Source: Aplysia californica (taxonomy: Eukaryota). Taken from it: a stretch of DNA of 64,000 nucleotides. The stretch covers positions 402,297 to 466,296 of the forward strand of contig NW_004797322.1 in the NCBI RefSeq assembly GCF_000002075.1, read 5' to 3'. Under the pieces are notes generated by a model, which was not told the origin of the DNA, searched no databases, and worked only from the letters and a program-made list of their open reading frames with translations. Below are positions 1 through 12,500 of the stretch, in pieces. Position numbers and translations under genes: made by a program. Numbering within the stretch: the first letter of the stretch is position 1; the number at the start of each line of letters is the position of its first letter.

Positions 1-231
1 AACTTCGACCTGTCCAGAATGAACCTCTGCTCCCTTCCTCGTTTCCAGACCGACCTTGGTCTCGATTGGCCATGGATCTGTTTGACCTGAATGGTCAGAC
101 CTACGTCGTCGTGGTCGACTATTACTCTCGTTGGGTAGAGCTACGCTTACTCGAACAGCTCAACAGCGTAATCATTATCAATAAACTCAAGTCCATCTTT
201 GCCACTCATGGCATCCCAGAGACAATTTCCA
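1..231 (+). mobile_element. Ty3/Gypsy LTR-retrotransposon integrase (rve) fragment, truncated
   Basis: PLLPSSFPDRPWSRLAMDLFDLNGQTYVVVVDYYSRWVE...LKSIFATHGIPETIS, typical Gypsy integrase core; homology breaks off near 231. Confidence 0.9.
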
Positions 232-647
232 CGGACTGGCCCATTAGACTGGATGTTATAATTAAATAAGTAGAAGGGCATTAGGCTGAATGGAAACCCT
301 CATCAGGCAGAAAACAGCCTAAAGGCTGCATATTGTGTGGTTTCATGTAAGACATTAGCAAAGAAAAGTTACTACTGCATTGCACGTATGAGTTGGACTA
401 ACCCTGAATACTAAGACCTGTGTGTTTGATGTTGGATGTATATTAACAGACTCACAATAACAGATAAGCAAAATTAATGAGTTCATATCAATACACATAA
501 ACTTTTAAAAAAACTTTTTAAAGAAAACAAAAACATATCCCATTTCAATGGCTAGATGGAAGACTCTGACAAACAACATTTTGAAATTTGGCATTTGTCA
601 GAATCTTACGCCCAACCATCAATTTGATTTCAAACTGTATTTGTTAA

Positions 648-1001
648 CTCATTCGCTACGCCGAGCCGTTTATGGCTATTTTGATGTATCATTCGACTAG
701 GTGCAAACATATTTTTTGAGTTTCACCGAAGATGATTAATTTTTAATTTTCAAATTTAATCCGCATTGAAAAAAAATGTTGTTGCATAATCGCCTCTTAC
801 AGGAACCAAAGTTGAAAAATACACAAATAAATATTACAGATGTATTCTACATATCATACTGAAGATTTCGGTGCATAATATGTTAATATTCATTTGAATT
901 TGTGGCCCCAAAGACCTTTGAACTGCGCACTATTCATCATCTCATTTCTCCTTCCCCAAAAAAATTTGTTCACAGGCCGAAAATAATATGTAGCGAATGA
1001 G
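648..1001. mobile_element. piggyBac-like MITE
   Basis: 12-bp TIR ctcattcgctac/gtagcgaatgag flanked by TTAA (644-647, 1002-1005). Confidence 0.8.
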
Positions 1002-1121
1002 TTAAAACTCAGTAACTCTTACACCTGAAATTATGATAGTCATAAACTTGTGATATACAAACATATGAACACATACCTTTCTTTTGCTAGCATTACATGA
1101 TAGCATGTAGTTTGCACTCAC

Positions 1122-1238
1122 CTACACAAACACCCTGTTCCTCCTGATAACCTTTCAAACAGGAGCATTCATACGATCCAGGGGTATTGGAACAAATCGT
1201 ATTGGGTCCACAAAGATTTTGCTGACACTCATCCACAT
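1122..1238 (-). CDS. Exon w41: cbEGF cassette (gene continues beyond window start)
   Basis: 117 nt; [39 protein letters not shown]; donor G|GTGAG. Confidence 0.93.
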
Positions 1239-2615
1239 CTGAGTACACATAAAGACAAAAGGTCAATGTAGAAAGAGATAATACACATGTTATTTTCAGA
1301 CAAGATATATTTGAGGTCTCTATTTGGAAATAAGTTGACCTATTCTGCACTTGCGGTGTCTCCATTCTTTATTAGGCTAACATGGGGTAATAGCCATGAT
1401 GCCAGGTGTGAAAGATGATTTTAATATATTTAATAAAAAGAGATCTGAAGCAAATTGTCGCCCAAATTTCATTGGGGCTTAGTAGGGAAATACATGACTT
1501 CATTAAATGGTCTTCTGTGTCTTTTTTCAGATGCACTACATGTCCACCGTCGGCCTATATGACAAGCACACTCTATGAGGGCTACATTTTGACAAAGACG
1601 TCATTAAAAAAAGACTTGATATGGAGTTTTCCTATACACAAATCAAGCTGAAGCTTTTTGCCAGAAAGACAAAGAGCAAAACCATTACACTACCTATGTT
1701 GATTAACGTAAAGCTCAAAGTCACCAAACTTAGCTGTAAAAAATGTTGAATGAAGCTTTGATTGCTTTTGATGGTGACAACGGCAACCTAAAAAGGAAGA
1801 AAAACACAAAATTCAAAGACAAAAAAGATTGTACCTATACATTCTGTTCCATTTTTGATAAATCCTGTTTTACAGGGACAGTTGAAAGAGCCCACAGTGT
1901 TGCTACATTCCTCGTTTGCCGCGCAAGGATTTCTTTGACATTCATCTGTGTCTGTGTATAGAAAAAATAGTTGGTATTAATTTTTTTTTAGTTTAAGTAA
2001 CAGTTTCAGGGCACTTGCAACACAATAAGGTCATACAAGGGAGGAAAATTAGAAGTGTAACAAGAGAGTAGCATATACAAAAAAAGAAGGAGGAGAGATG
2101 CAGATGAATAATTTTTTATAAGAAGAAAGGAGCAAACCACACCAGAGCATCCACCAACCACTCACGGAGTTGGCATTAAAATTCAGTTTTAATGGAAGTA
2201 TACGGTAAAGAAAGTGACATGACTGTTCTTCAGAATTATTTTAAATCATGACATAGATGACTTTATAAAGTTATTCTGGCTTCATAAACACCACAAAGGA
2301 TTAACCCTCTTCTGAATATTAGGCCTGCATAGTTGTAGGCTGTATAATGAGTTTTGGATAATGTTAAAAAGAAATGCAAAACACTCTGAAACCCACAATA
2401 TTTTAAAATAACAGTCGCTAAAATGTTCCATTTTCCCAATACAAAACACAATGTATTGTGTGACAAACACACGAGCCAGTGTAATCATCACAAGTTCCAA
2501 CCAGAGGTCAAAATTGCATAGTAGCGATACTAAAATGTGAGGCATCATGGTGAAATCAGGCGTTCGTCAAAATAATGAAATCAAAGGAAACAGCTGTTAT
2601 TGAGTGTGCATGTGC

Positions 2616-2656
<41 letters not shown>

Positions 2657-5600
2657 TGTGTGTGTGTGTGCATGTGTGTGTTTGCTGTAAGTGAAGAACA
2701 CTTAGTGAAGAAGGCCAAGGAAAATTTTTTTTAAAAACCTTTAGTAGTATGTCATTGAATATCAAGCAGCCAACTAATCAGCCACACATTCATTAAAAAT
2801 TAATATAAAAATCTTTAGACAATGTTCTCATGTTCAAAAGGGAAAATGACACCCCCCCCCCCCTATTGAAATGAAAACTGAGGAAAAAAGTACACACGAT
2901 ATTGTGGATTCAAGGCTTAAAGTTTTCTTCTGGTAATTTCAAAACAGAACTTCATCTTCCCAGTGACAAAGCCTATGCATCAGTTTCTAATGCATTTCTA
3001 TGGAACAGTTTCAAAGAGCACTTACCTATGCATTCATCATTTGCATCAGGTTGGTAGCCAATAACACAGGTACACGTGTATGAACCCTCATTGTTGTCAC
3101 AAACTTCGTTGGCATCGCATGGGTTTTGTTGACATTCGTTCACATCTGAGAAAAGATTTGAAAAGCTGGTCATCTCACAGATTGCTCAAAAAACAAGTTC
3201 TCTTGGGCCTCAGTGGTCTACCAGACTCGTAAGCATGAGATTGCGGGTTCAGGGGGTGGGTTGAGACTCAGCTCAGCTACCTGAGCAAAAGTAGAAATGT
3301 TTTGTTTTGGTTTTTTTCAAGTATAGATGTTTTTACATAGACCATTTTGCAGGCCAGCTTCCAACCCTGCATTTCAGGGCCAACCACTAGTGAAAGGGAT
3401 GTATCCCAGCACAAAGACTGAGATCTTTGAAACAAATTTTCTCCCCACTCAGGAATCACACTCTGGTCTTCTGCAAGTGACAGCAAAGAACATAACTAAA
3501 TGCTGCCTGCACCACAGATNNNNNNNNNNNNNNNNNNNNNNNNNNNNNNNNNNNNNNNNNNNNNNNNNNNNNNNNNNNNNNNNNNNNNNNNNNNNNNNNN
3601 NNNNNNNNNNNNNNNNNNNNNNNNNNNNNNNNNNNNNNNNNNNNNNNGTGTCTTACCTATACAGTCTAATTCATTTAAGATAAATCCAGAGTCACAGGCA
3701 CAGGTAAAAGAGCCATCGTTGTTGGAACACACCTGATTTGCCCTACAAGGGTTTCCTTCACATTCATTTATGTCTGTAAGGAAAGAGTATTAATCAAATT
3801 TTTACTACTTCACTGCAGTGAAGACACATGGCGATCTCTCAAGCAGGTTCACTACCCATTTTTCTATTTTCCTACTGATGTATTGAGGATGGTTAAAAAG
3901 ATGTTTTTGTCGTTTGTGCAGCTTCTTATTCTTAATAAGGGGAAACGCAGCATGGCTATGTTTAAATCTCTCATGAATTTTATCTTGTCCGGACAAACGT
4001 AGTTGGAAAAAAACTCAACACTGATAGAGTTGACATCACCTAAACAATTTAAAAAAGTGTAAAAGGCAACCATTTTTCACACTCTGCAACATTTCGAATG
4101 AGTACTTAAATATGATTAGTGGGTTGCTTTTGAAAATACTACGTTTTCATCAGAAGACAGACTGGGTCACCATAAAGAAAGAAAAAGTTATCAGAAAAAA
4201 ATGTTTGTTAAAGTTGTTGCTTCAAAACGAAAGATCTAATCAGTCATTCCCAGAACCAATTTTTCATCCAAACTGGAGACCTGAGTATGGATTAAGAGTT
4301 GTGGGACTGTGAAGCGAGTATGGACTAAAAGTCGTGTGACTGGGAAGCTATTGCAACAACCAGTCAAGTGAAAGATGACTTAAACTGCAGATATCCTTTT
4401 CCAGATGACATATTGCGTTTGAGCCCACAGAACAGAGCTTCATTGGGGAGTTTCTGTCTGATACATATGCTATACCACCACAAGATCCATCAGTATCGAG
4501 TTTGAGAAAACTACCACAATTTACTAACACAAAAAAAATTGCCAAAACGTTAGGAGGAGACTTTAATAATAAGTATATTTAGAGAGAGTGTTACTTCAGC
4601 ATAAAAGTAATTCTTAAACCATAGTGGAGTACCACACCATGGAATTAATCATTTTACTCGAGTGAACGTAACTATACCTCATAAAACGAAGCACCTAGGT
4701 CAAATGAGTGTAACTACTAGTACCACGTAAAAGTAATAATTCAACCAGAAAGAAGTAATCTAAAACATAAAAATAATGATGTTACTTAAGAACATATAAA
4801 TACCAGAAACCAACAACAAATACACAGATCTTAAGAACCCAGCAAAGATCATCATAGATTAAGAACAAAAGATCTTAAAAGCAGTCTCACAGTTGGCTAA
4901 CAGAGCAAAGAACTCTTTGTGACTGACTCACATATAATAAGAGTACCGAAAATCACATAATACACTGCCTTCCTTGTGGCTGAATATCAATTAGAGATCC
5001 ACAAGACAGGGATACAAAAATATAAAAAATATTGTTACTTCAGGTTATTCTTCAAATTCTAGCCTCAGTGAACTCCTCAGTCTGTTAAAAGAGAAAATTG
5101 AGTCACAACATAGTGAAATCAGGCGCTCGTCAATATCTGGGCACATGGAATTCTTGGTATCATCTCAAAAGCCTGTTCATTTACCTTGCTTTTGATTTTT
5201 AAAAACCCAAAAAACATTTATCACATGATTCGAGATATTTCTGAACATTAGACGCTCATCAAAATCATGAAATCCAAGAAATCAGCATTTTTTGGTCAGT
5301 TTGGAATTTTTTTTCGAATTTTTTTTTTGGCTTAACACCCTTTATGTCCTTATGAAAACACATTTCTGTGTAAATTTTACTGAAAAACATTGATTAACTC
5401 TTTTTCTACCAGGACAAAATCCACCACTGGCCTAGGGCTTTTCCCTGACCTATTTTTACGCCCTTACCCCACCAAAGAAAATGTCAAAACATCCAACTAA
5501 ACACACACAAATCATATCTTATGGCCCATCATACTGAAGGTTTAAAAAAATATATCACATGGTGGTACAATATTGAACATTTATTCCAATTATATTAGTT

Positions 5601-8600
5601 TCGGGTTTCTAAAAGTGAATATGCAATATTGAAGGTGTCGTATGAAATCAACAATTTTCCAGCTTTGAAAGTTCATAACAAAAAAAGTACAACAACAGCA
5701 TCATTCAAACTTCCTAGGTATGTTGCCTCAAGTAATGCAAAGAAATGCTGAAATTTATGTATGTATGTGTACTCATTATAGAAGTGAAAATATGAGACAT
5801 ATACTGAAGTCAGGGGAACACTTTTCTTTTCATTTCTATGTTTCGAAGGGGACAGAAAAAAGCGCTGAAATGACTTAAAAATCATCTGTCGATGCTATAT
5901 TTTCTTTCCTAACTGCTAACAGGAAATTCTATTATTTCGAAAGCATGGATCTGTCGAGAATTTCGTACATTTTCATTCCTGGATTGGAATAGATAGCGAG
6001 CCGCTCGAGCCATATTTTGCGACTCTCGGTCAAGCGAGGCCACATCCGCGAGCCAGCTCGTGGTAGGAAAAGCGTTGATGGCAAAAAATATGTAAATTTT
6101 CAGTTTTCAAGGACTCTCAAGCTATAGAAGTTACCAAACTTTGGCAACCATTTTCTCGCTAATTTTACCTCTAAAATCATGCTATCCCCACCCCCTTCAA
6201 TTGCAAATATTTTCACTTCTATTCAAGATAGATGGGTGTTCTTTTCCTAGAAAGCCAGGTAAAAGAAGTTTTCAGACGATACCAATAACTCCACATGCCC
6301 AAAAATTGATGAGCGCCTGATTCCACCTTGACGTGACACATTTGCAATTGAAGGAGCTGGGGGGGTTGCCTATTGTCAGAGGTAAAATTAACGAGAAAAT
6401 AGAAGCCAAAGTCTGATGACTTCAAAAGCTGTAGAGTCACTGGAAACTGCAAAGTTACATTTTGCGTGCCTTTGATAAAAATTTTCCTGTAAAATCCACA
6501 CAGCAATGTGTTTTAAAAGGACTTAAAATGTGTTGAGCCAAAAACAAAAAACAAAATTGATAAAAATTGCCCAACATGTGGAAAAAATGTTGATTTCTTT
6601 GATTTCATCATAATGCAACTCAAGTAGAGATCCAGAAGTCAGGAAAGAATGAGGAAAGAACATATTGTTACTTTATGTCATTTTTCAAATGCAACTCTCA
6701 ATGGACTCCTCAGTCTGTTGAAAGAGAAAAAAAATCCAGTACAAAATAAATGTTTTACCTGAACAAACTGTTCCATTCCTGACAAAGCCAGAATCACACC
6801 TACAGTCAAAAGAGCCCTCATTGTTGGTACACTCCTCGTTCGCCTGGCATGGGTTCCCTGTCACACATTCATTTATGTCTGTTTTGGACAGAAAAAAGTT
6901 ACATTGTATTTTCCATCACAATACTCAGAATGTACAGTTTGCACATGGGACCGGTTCATAGACTGAGAGCAAGCTTTCCGTGCATAATGACTTAGTAAAG
7001 CACTATTTGTAAATGTTTTTATTATGTTTTCATAAAAATCTTATGACGCTGGTTACACAATTAGATCACATGTGTGCCCAAGATGAAAGATCTTACTAGA
7101 GAGCATAACAAACACAAATAGGAAGGACGAGAGATATGAATAATAGATGTTTAATCGGAAAGAAGGGGCAAACAACATCAGAGCACCTGCCAATCACCCA
7201 TGTAGATTTAACAAGTAACCCTGGCATACTGCTTGCAAAACATTGAAAGAGAGACAGAATTCCCTCTGTGTAAACATTAAAATTCCAAGCAAGAACACAA
7301 TTTGTGCAATTACAATTTTGGGTGACATAGCTTCAGTACATGCCATGCTTGTTTGCTTAGTAAATCATATTTTCTACCGCATTTCTCCTATAACTTTAGC
7401 ATTTAGTATTTTGCTCTGTGCCAATAGATCATTGTATTTGGATCTAATACCATGTGCACAATGCAGAAATTATCATCATTTGGTGTGTATGGTTTGATAC
7501 ATCTGACAGCAACCAGGTTTTCCTTCATGGAGGGGCAAAAGCTATCATTTTAGCACTATTCTAGCAAATCCTTTAAAAAATTATAAATGTGTCATGAAGC
7601 GGTGGAATCAGGCGCTCGTCAATTTTTGGTCATGAAAAGTTATTGGTATTATCATAAAGCTTGTTCATTTGTTCTGCTTCGGATGGAAAAAATATCTGTT
7701 TATCTTGAATACAAGTCGAGATATTTGCGAATGAAGGTGGTGGGGTCAACTGGTTTCAAAGGCAAAATTAGAGAGAAAATGGCCACCAAAGATTATTTAT
7801 TTCCTTAGCTAGAGAGTCTGTGGAAACTGAAAATTTAAATTTTTTGTGCCTTTTTTCATAAAATTCACACAGAAAGTGTTCTTAAACGGGCATGAAAGGT
7901 GATAAGCCAAAAAACAAAAAATTGATAAAAATTCACAAACCTACGGAAAAATGCCAATTTCTTCACTTTGATTATTTTGACGAGCGTCTGATTTTACAAC
8001 ACTGCCTCACAAATATTTGATTTTCTACGTCACATTTTGATGTTTGATAAAAACAGCCAAACAAAAGGCTAGTGTGTCAGATCTTTTGTTTACTCATGGA
8101 ATTAGCAAAATGGGATAAACCTTAAAGGATTTCCCTTATGGACCAAATTTGATGAAGAAAAACTAAGGCCATTTGATAAAGTGTGCACTGGTCAGCGCTA
8201 TTACCCAACTCAACCTTGATCCAATCTGTTCATTCAACAAGTTTGGTCTGCAAGACATATTCAGAGTTGAAGATAAGACAAGTCAGTGTGTACATATACC
8301 AAAAGGAAGATGGAAGGATTAACCCTCGTCTTGCGGGAGCCTGGTTTATGACGCGCGATAAGTCTATTTCGGCACCTCGCCTACTTTCTGGTCCTGAATC
8401 AGTGTAGCCCCTGGCTCAGTGCACGCGCAGCGCGCATCATCTTACGAGTCATTCGGGTCCCCAGTCGGATCCCCATTCACGCAGGTCAAGTGTGTGTGCG
8501 TCAGTCTGCTTGAGTTTGTGTGCGTTTGTGGCCTTCTTCTAGAACCGCCTGAATTGGTTCGTAATCGAGGCACACGTCTCATTCAAAACATGCCAAGTTG

Positions 8601-9465
8601 GTAACTCTAGATGTTGGTCCAATGAAATTATAGAAGAAATTGACCCACTTAGCCATGAGGAGCTCGAAAGGATAGTCAGGAAACAAGACTTCCATTTTTC
8701 TATACAAAATCTTTCAAATGAGCTTGATTTTGTATGAAATGATACTACCTGATAAAAAATAAGCTTGTTTGATAGTTTTGAATACCATTGTGCAGGTAAA
8801 AAGAACAATTTGAGTATAAAACATTAGGAAATTGACCTGTATTATCCCCTTTCGAACCTCAGGTCATTCATAACAACAAGAGCATCCAGAAAGGTTATTC
8901 GAATAGGCGTAACTACTCATAATGTCTTATCAGCTTGTGAGAGGGGGTTATTCATGTGTTTTTAACACTTTATAAATAGAAAGCTATGAAAGATAGAGCG
9001 TTATTTTCATCATCTGTTAACACACTCCCGCGGTATTCATGGCGAAAACACACGTTTCCCAGCGCGCGTGCTGTACACCAACAGTACACATTGAGTGACC
9101 CCGGCGGCCTGCCTGGCACGTCCGACGTAATCGGTTGCTGATAAGATTTGCATCTCGGCACAGATGCAGGACAAGAGTTAAAGCTTGACCTCTAAATGAC
9201 AAGCTCCCCAAAGCTTTTAGTCCAGAAAAATCATGTACTAATAAACAAAAGCTTTGGTCAAAGCCGCAAATATCCATGACTCAATCCCTTGTTGAAAAGA
9301 AAAACCCTTATTTCGAACNNNNNNNNNNNNNNNNNNNNNNNNNNNNNNNNNNNNNNNNNNNNNNNNNNNNNNNNNNNNNNNNNNNNNNNNNNNNNNNNNN
9401 NNNNNNNNNNNNNNNNNNNNNNNNNNNNNNNNNNNNNNNNNNNNNNNNNNNNNNNGAAGGAATAG

Positions 9466-9510
<45 letters not shown>

Positions 9511-12500
9511 CATCATCATTATCATAGGAAGACGCAAGCCTCAAGACTTATTTCTTTACCTGAACACACTTGTCCCACACGTGAAAAACCTTGAGAACAT
9601 GGACAGGTGAAAGATCCAATACTGTTGAGGCACTCTTCATTCACCTTGCATGGATTTCCATCACATTCATCTAGGTCTGTATACAAAATAAAAATACATG
9701 TGTTCTGTGAAGAGTGAAAATAATAAAAATTCCCTGTGTGTCAAGGCTTCAACTGTGCAGGTCAAAGTAGAAACAAAGTTGTACATCATTACTGCCCAAA
9801 ATCACTGTATGGCTCAAATTTTCGTATTCCAAAAGATATGAAAGAGACCAAAGTATAAATTATAACAAGCTGCTTCGTCCATATAATAGTTTAGGTGTCA
9901 TCTCATGGACAGTCAGCACTAAATAATAAAAGGATATAAAGCGGCTATCACTTTAATGGCTGCAGAGACAACAATAAGAGCTTAAGATCCATTTGCAGAC
10001 ACGATTTGGCCAGTACCTCATTGTATAACAAGCAGCAGATCTGCAGTAAACCAATCATGCTGGTTACCTATATAGGCCTATGATATTGTCTCTGCTACTC
10101 ATATGTATCACTACATGGTGGAATCAGGCACTCATCAATTTTTGGGCTTCTGGATTTATTGGTAACATCTAAAGCTCCTTCATGTGTTTATCTTTAGATA
10201 AAAAATAAAACACTCATTTATCTCGAATAGAAGTCGAGATATGTGTGATTGAAGGAGATGCAGGTCACCTGGTTTCAGAGGTAGAATTGGTAGTGGGAAA
10301 ATAGTTACCAAAGTTTGGTGACTTCCTTAGCTTGAGAGTCCTTGGAAACTGGAAATTTGCATTTTTGAGGCGTTTGATCAACATTTTCCAGTATTCTACA
10401 CAAAAAGGTGTTTTAAATGGACGTAAAAGGTGTTGAGCCCAAAGACAAAAGTTCGAAAAAAATCACCAAACGGGTAGAAAAATGTCGATTTCTTTGCTTT
10501 CATTATTTTGACGAGTGCCTGATTTCACCACAATGCCTCACATAATATCATCTGTGTATACTAAAATATTGAAAAAAAATCATCCTAGGTTTAAGAGGAA
10601 AATTTAGCTTAAAATCTGCCCAAAGTAGGCCTACACATGTGGAACAACTGCTCCTTGTGCATTTCTACACTTTTTCAACAGTGCCTCTCACAGACTACCC
10701 AGCTTAAACATTTTCATTAAAGAACTACAATGTATTTCCTTACCAACACAGACACCACTGGTGCCATTCTCATAGCCAGCAGAACAGGAACAGTCAAATG
10801 AGCCAGGTTTGTTTGTGCAGTCTTCGTTTTCTCCACATGGGTTTGTATCACATTCGTTGATATCTGAGAAGAGAGAAAAAAGTGGATAAAGGCTGAAACT
10901 GAATAACGCAAACAAGTATTTTCAAAATAGAAAGAGCTTCCATTTCACAACGATTTGTCTAAAAACTGTTACACAACAAACCCCAACCCCCAAAAAAAAA
11001 AAAAAAACCCACAAAAAAACTTAAAAAACAAATAACAATTCATCATATATTTGTCAGTCTGTCTGACGTCCGTCCGTCTGTCTGTCTTCTCCTCCCCCAC
11101 ACAAGTTGAAAATCCTTGAGCCTAACTTCTAATGCCATCTCGCACAGCAAGGAAGCATCTCTGCTCAAGGCAAAGAAATTGCAACATAAACTCAATCCCA
11201 AAAAAGGCCCTGAGAATAAAGGCACAACTCTGATCAAAATTACTAACTTTAAAAAAATTGATTACAAAAAGCAACCAAGCATGATAAGAATATAAAATAA
11301 AAGGCAAAACATTGGTTAAAGATTTTGATTTTCAGTCAAATAGCAGTCAATGTTTCTGGCCTGGTCATGGATAGTCCACCTACTACTTCTAGCTTTATCT
11401 TCATCCTCGCTGTCTATCTCCATTACTCAATCTCGCTCTAAATTCTCATGTCAGATTTCTCACTCTGACCAGGCATTAGACCCTAATTCATTTAATACTC
11501 CCCTTCATTGTCATGATAGCCTTTTAAATCAATTTAACAAGCAAGATCAATAATACCTAGATTCATGCTTGACTCTGGGAAAAAAGAAATTTCAAGAAAT
11601 CATGTGTCAAATTCAAATGATCCTATTTCTCTTTCCAGTAACCTGGTCACAAAACCAAAAGTTTCTGCAGAAATCAGACGATCTCACCAAACCAAACGTC
11701 ATACTGATAACATTAGTTGAGCAAGATTTCATTCATTATTCATTCAGGGGTAAATCTGGACCACAGGCGGTAGGGGGCACAAAGCTATTGGGCGACAATG
11801 GGAAATCTAGGCACTCAAGACGGTTTGTGCAACGGTTGACTTTGGTTGATCTACGCAGGAACAAATCAAACCTGATATGAATATCAAGCACAACATGTTC
11901 ATTAAATCCTCATTGCAAATAAAAGAAGCTGCTCACCCACACATCCTAGCACTGCACCCTGTCCTGGCTCATAGCCAGACCGGCAGTCACAACTGAATCC
12001 AGGGTCAGTGTTGTTGCACACTTGATTCTGATCACATGGATTGGTCGCACACTCATTGATGTCTGCCACAGAATGAAAATATACAACAGTGAAATTAACA
12101 ATTCCCTTCATGTGTTTCAGAAAAGGACTGGCCTTTTCATGTAGGACCTCAATAGCTTTTATTGTCGTTCAATGAGGATTGTCGGGTAATTTTATAAGTC
12201 GTTTGATATATTTGTGAAAACCCCATAAGGACAACTTACTTTACTTTTACTCCTATATAAATGACAAATTTTGCTTTTCTTCCAAATTTGTATAAAGTGC
12301 TGTTAGTGCAAGATTAGGGAGTCATGTCATGTTCATGGTGAAAAATGTTTGCGTGGGTGTCAAACATCATTGAGGGTCTGTGGGAGGCTGTCATGATATT
12401 CGATACTTATACTCGAATATAGTGAAGATGTTCGATACGAAAATGAACACTCCCTTTTCCTATGAAATCCCACTTCTGACACCATGTTATGTATTCTTGA

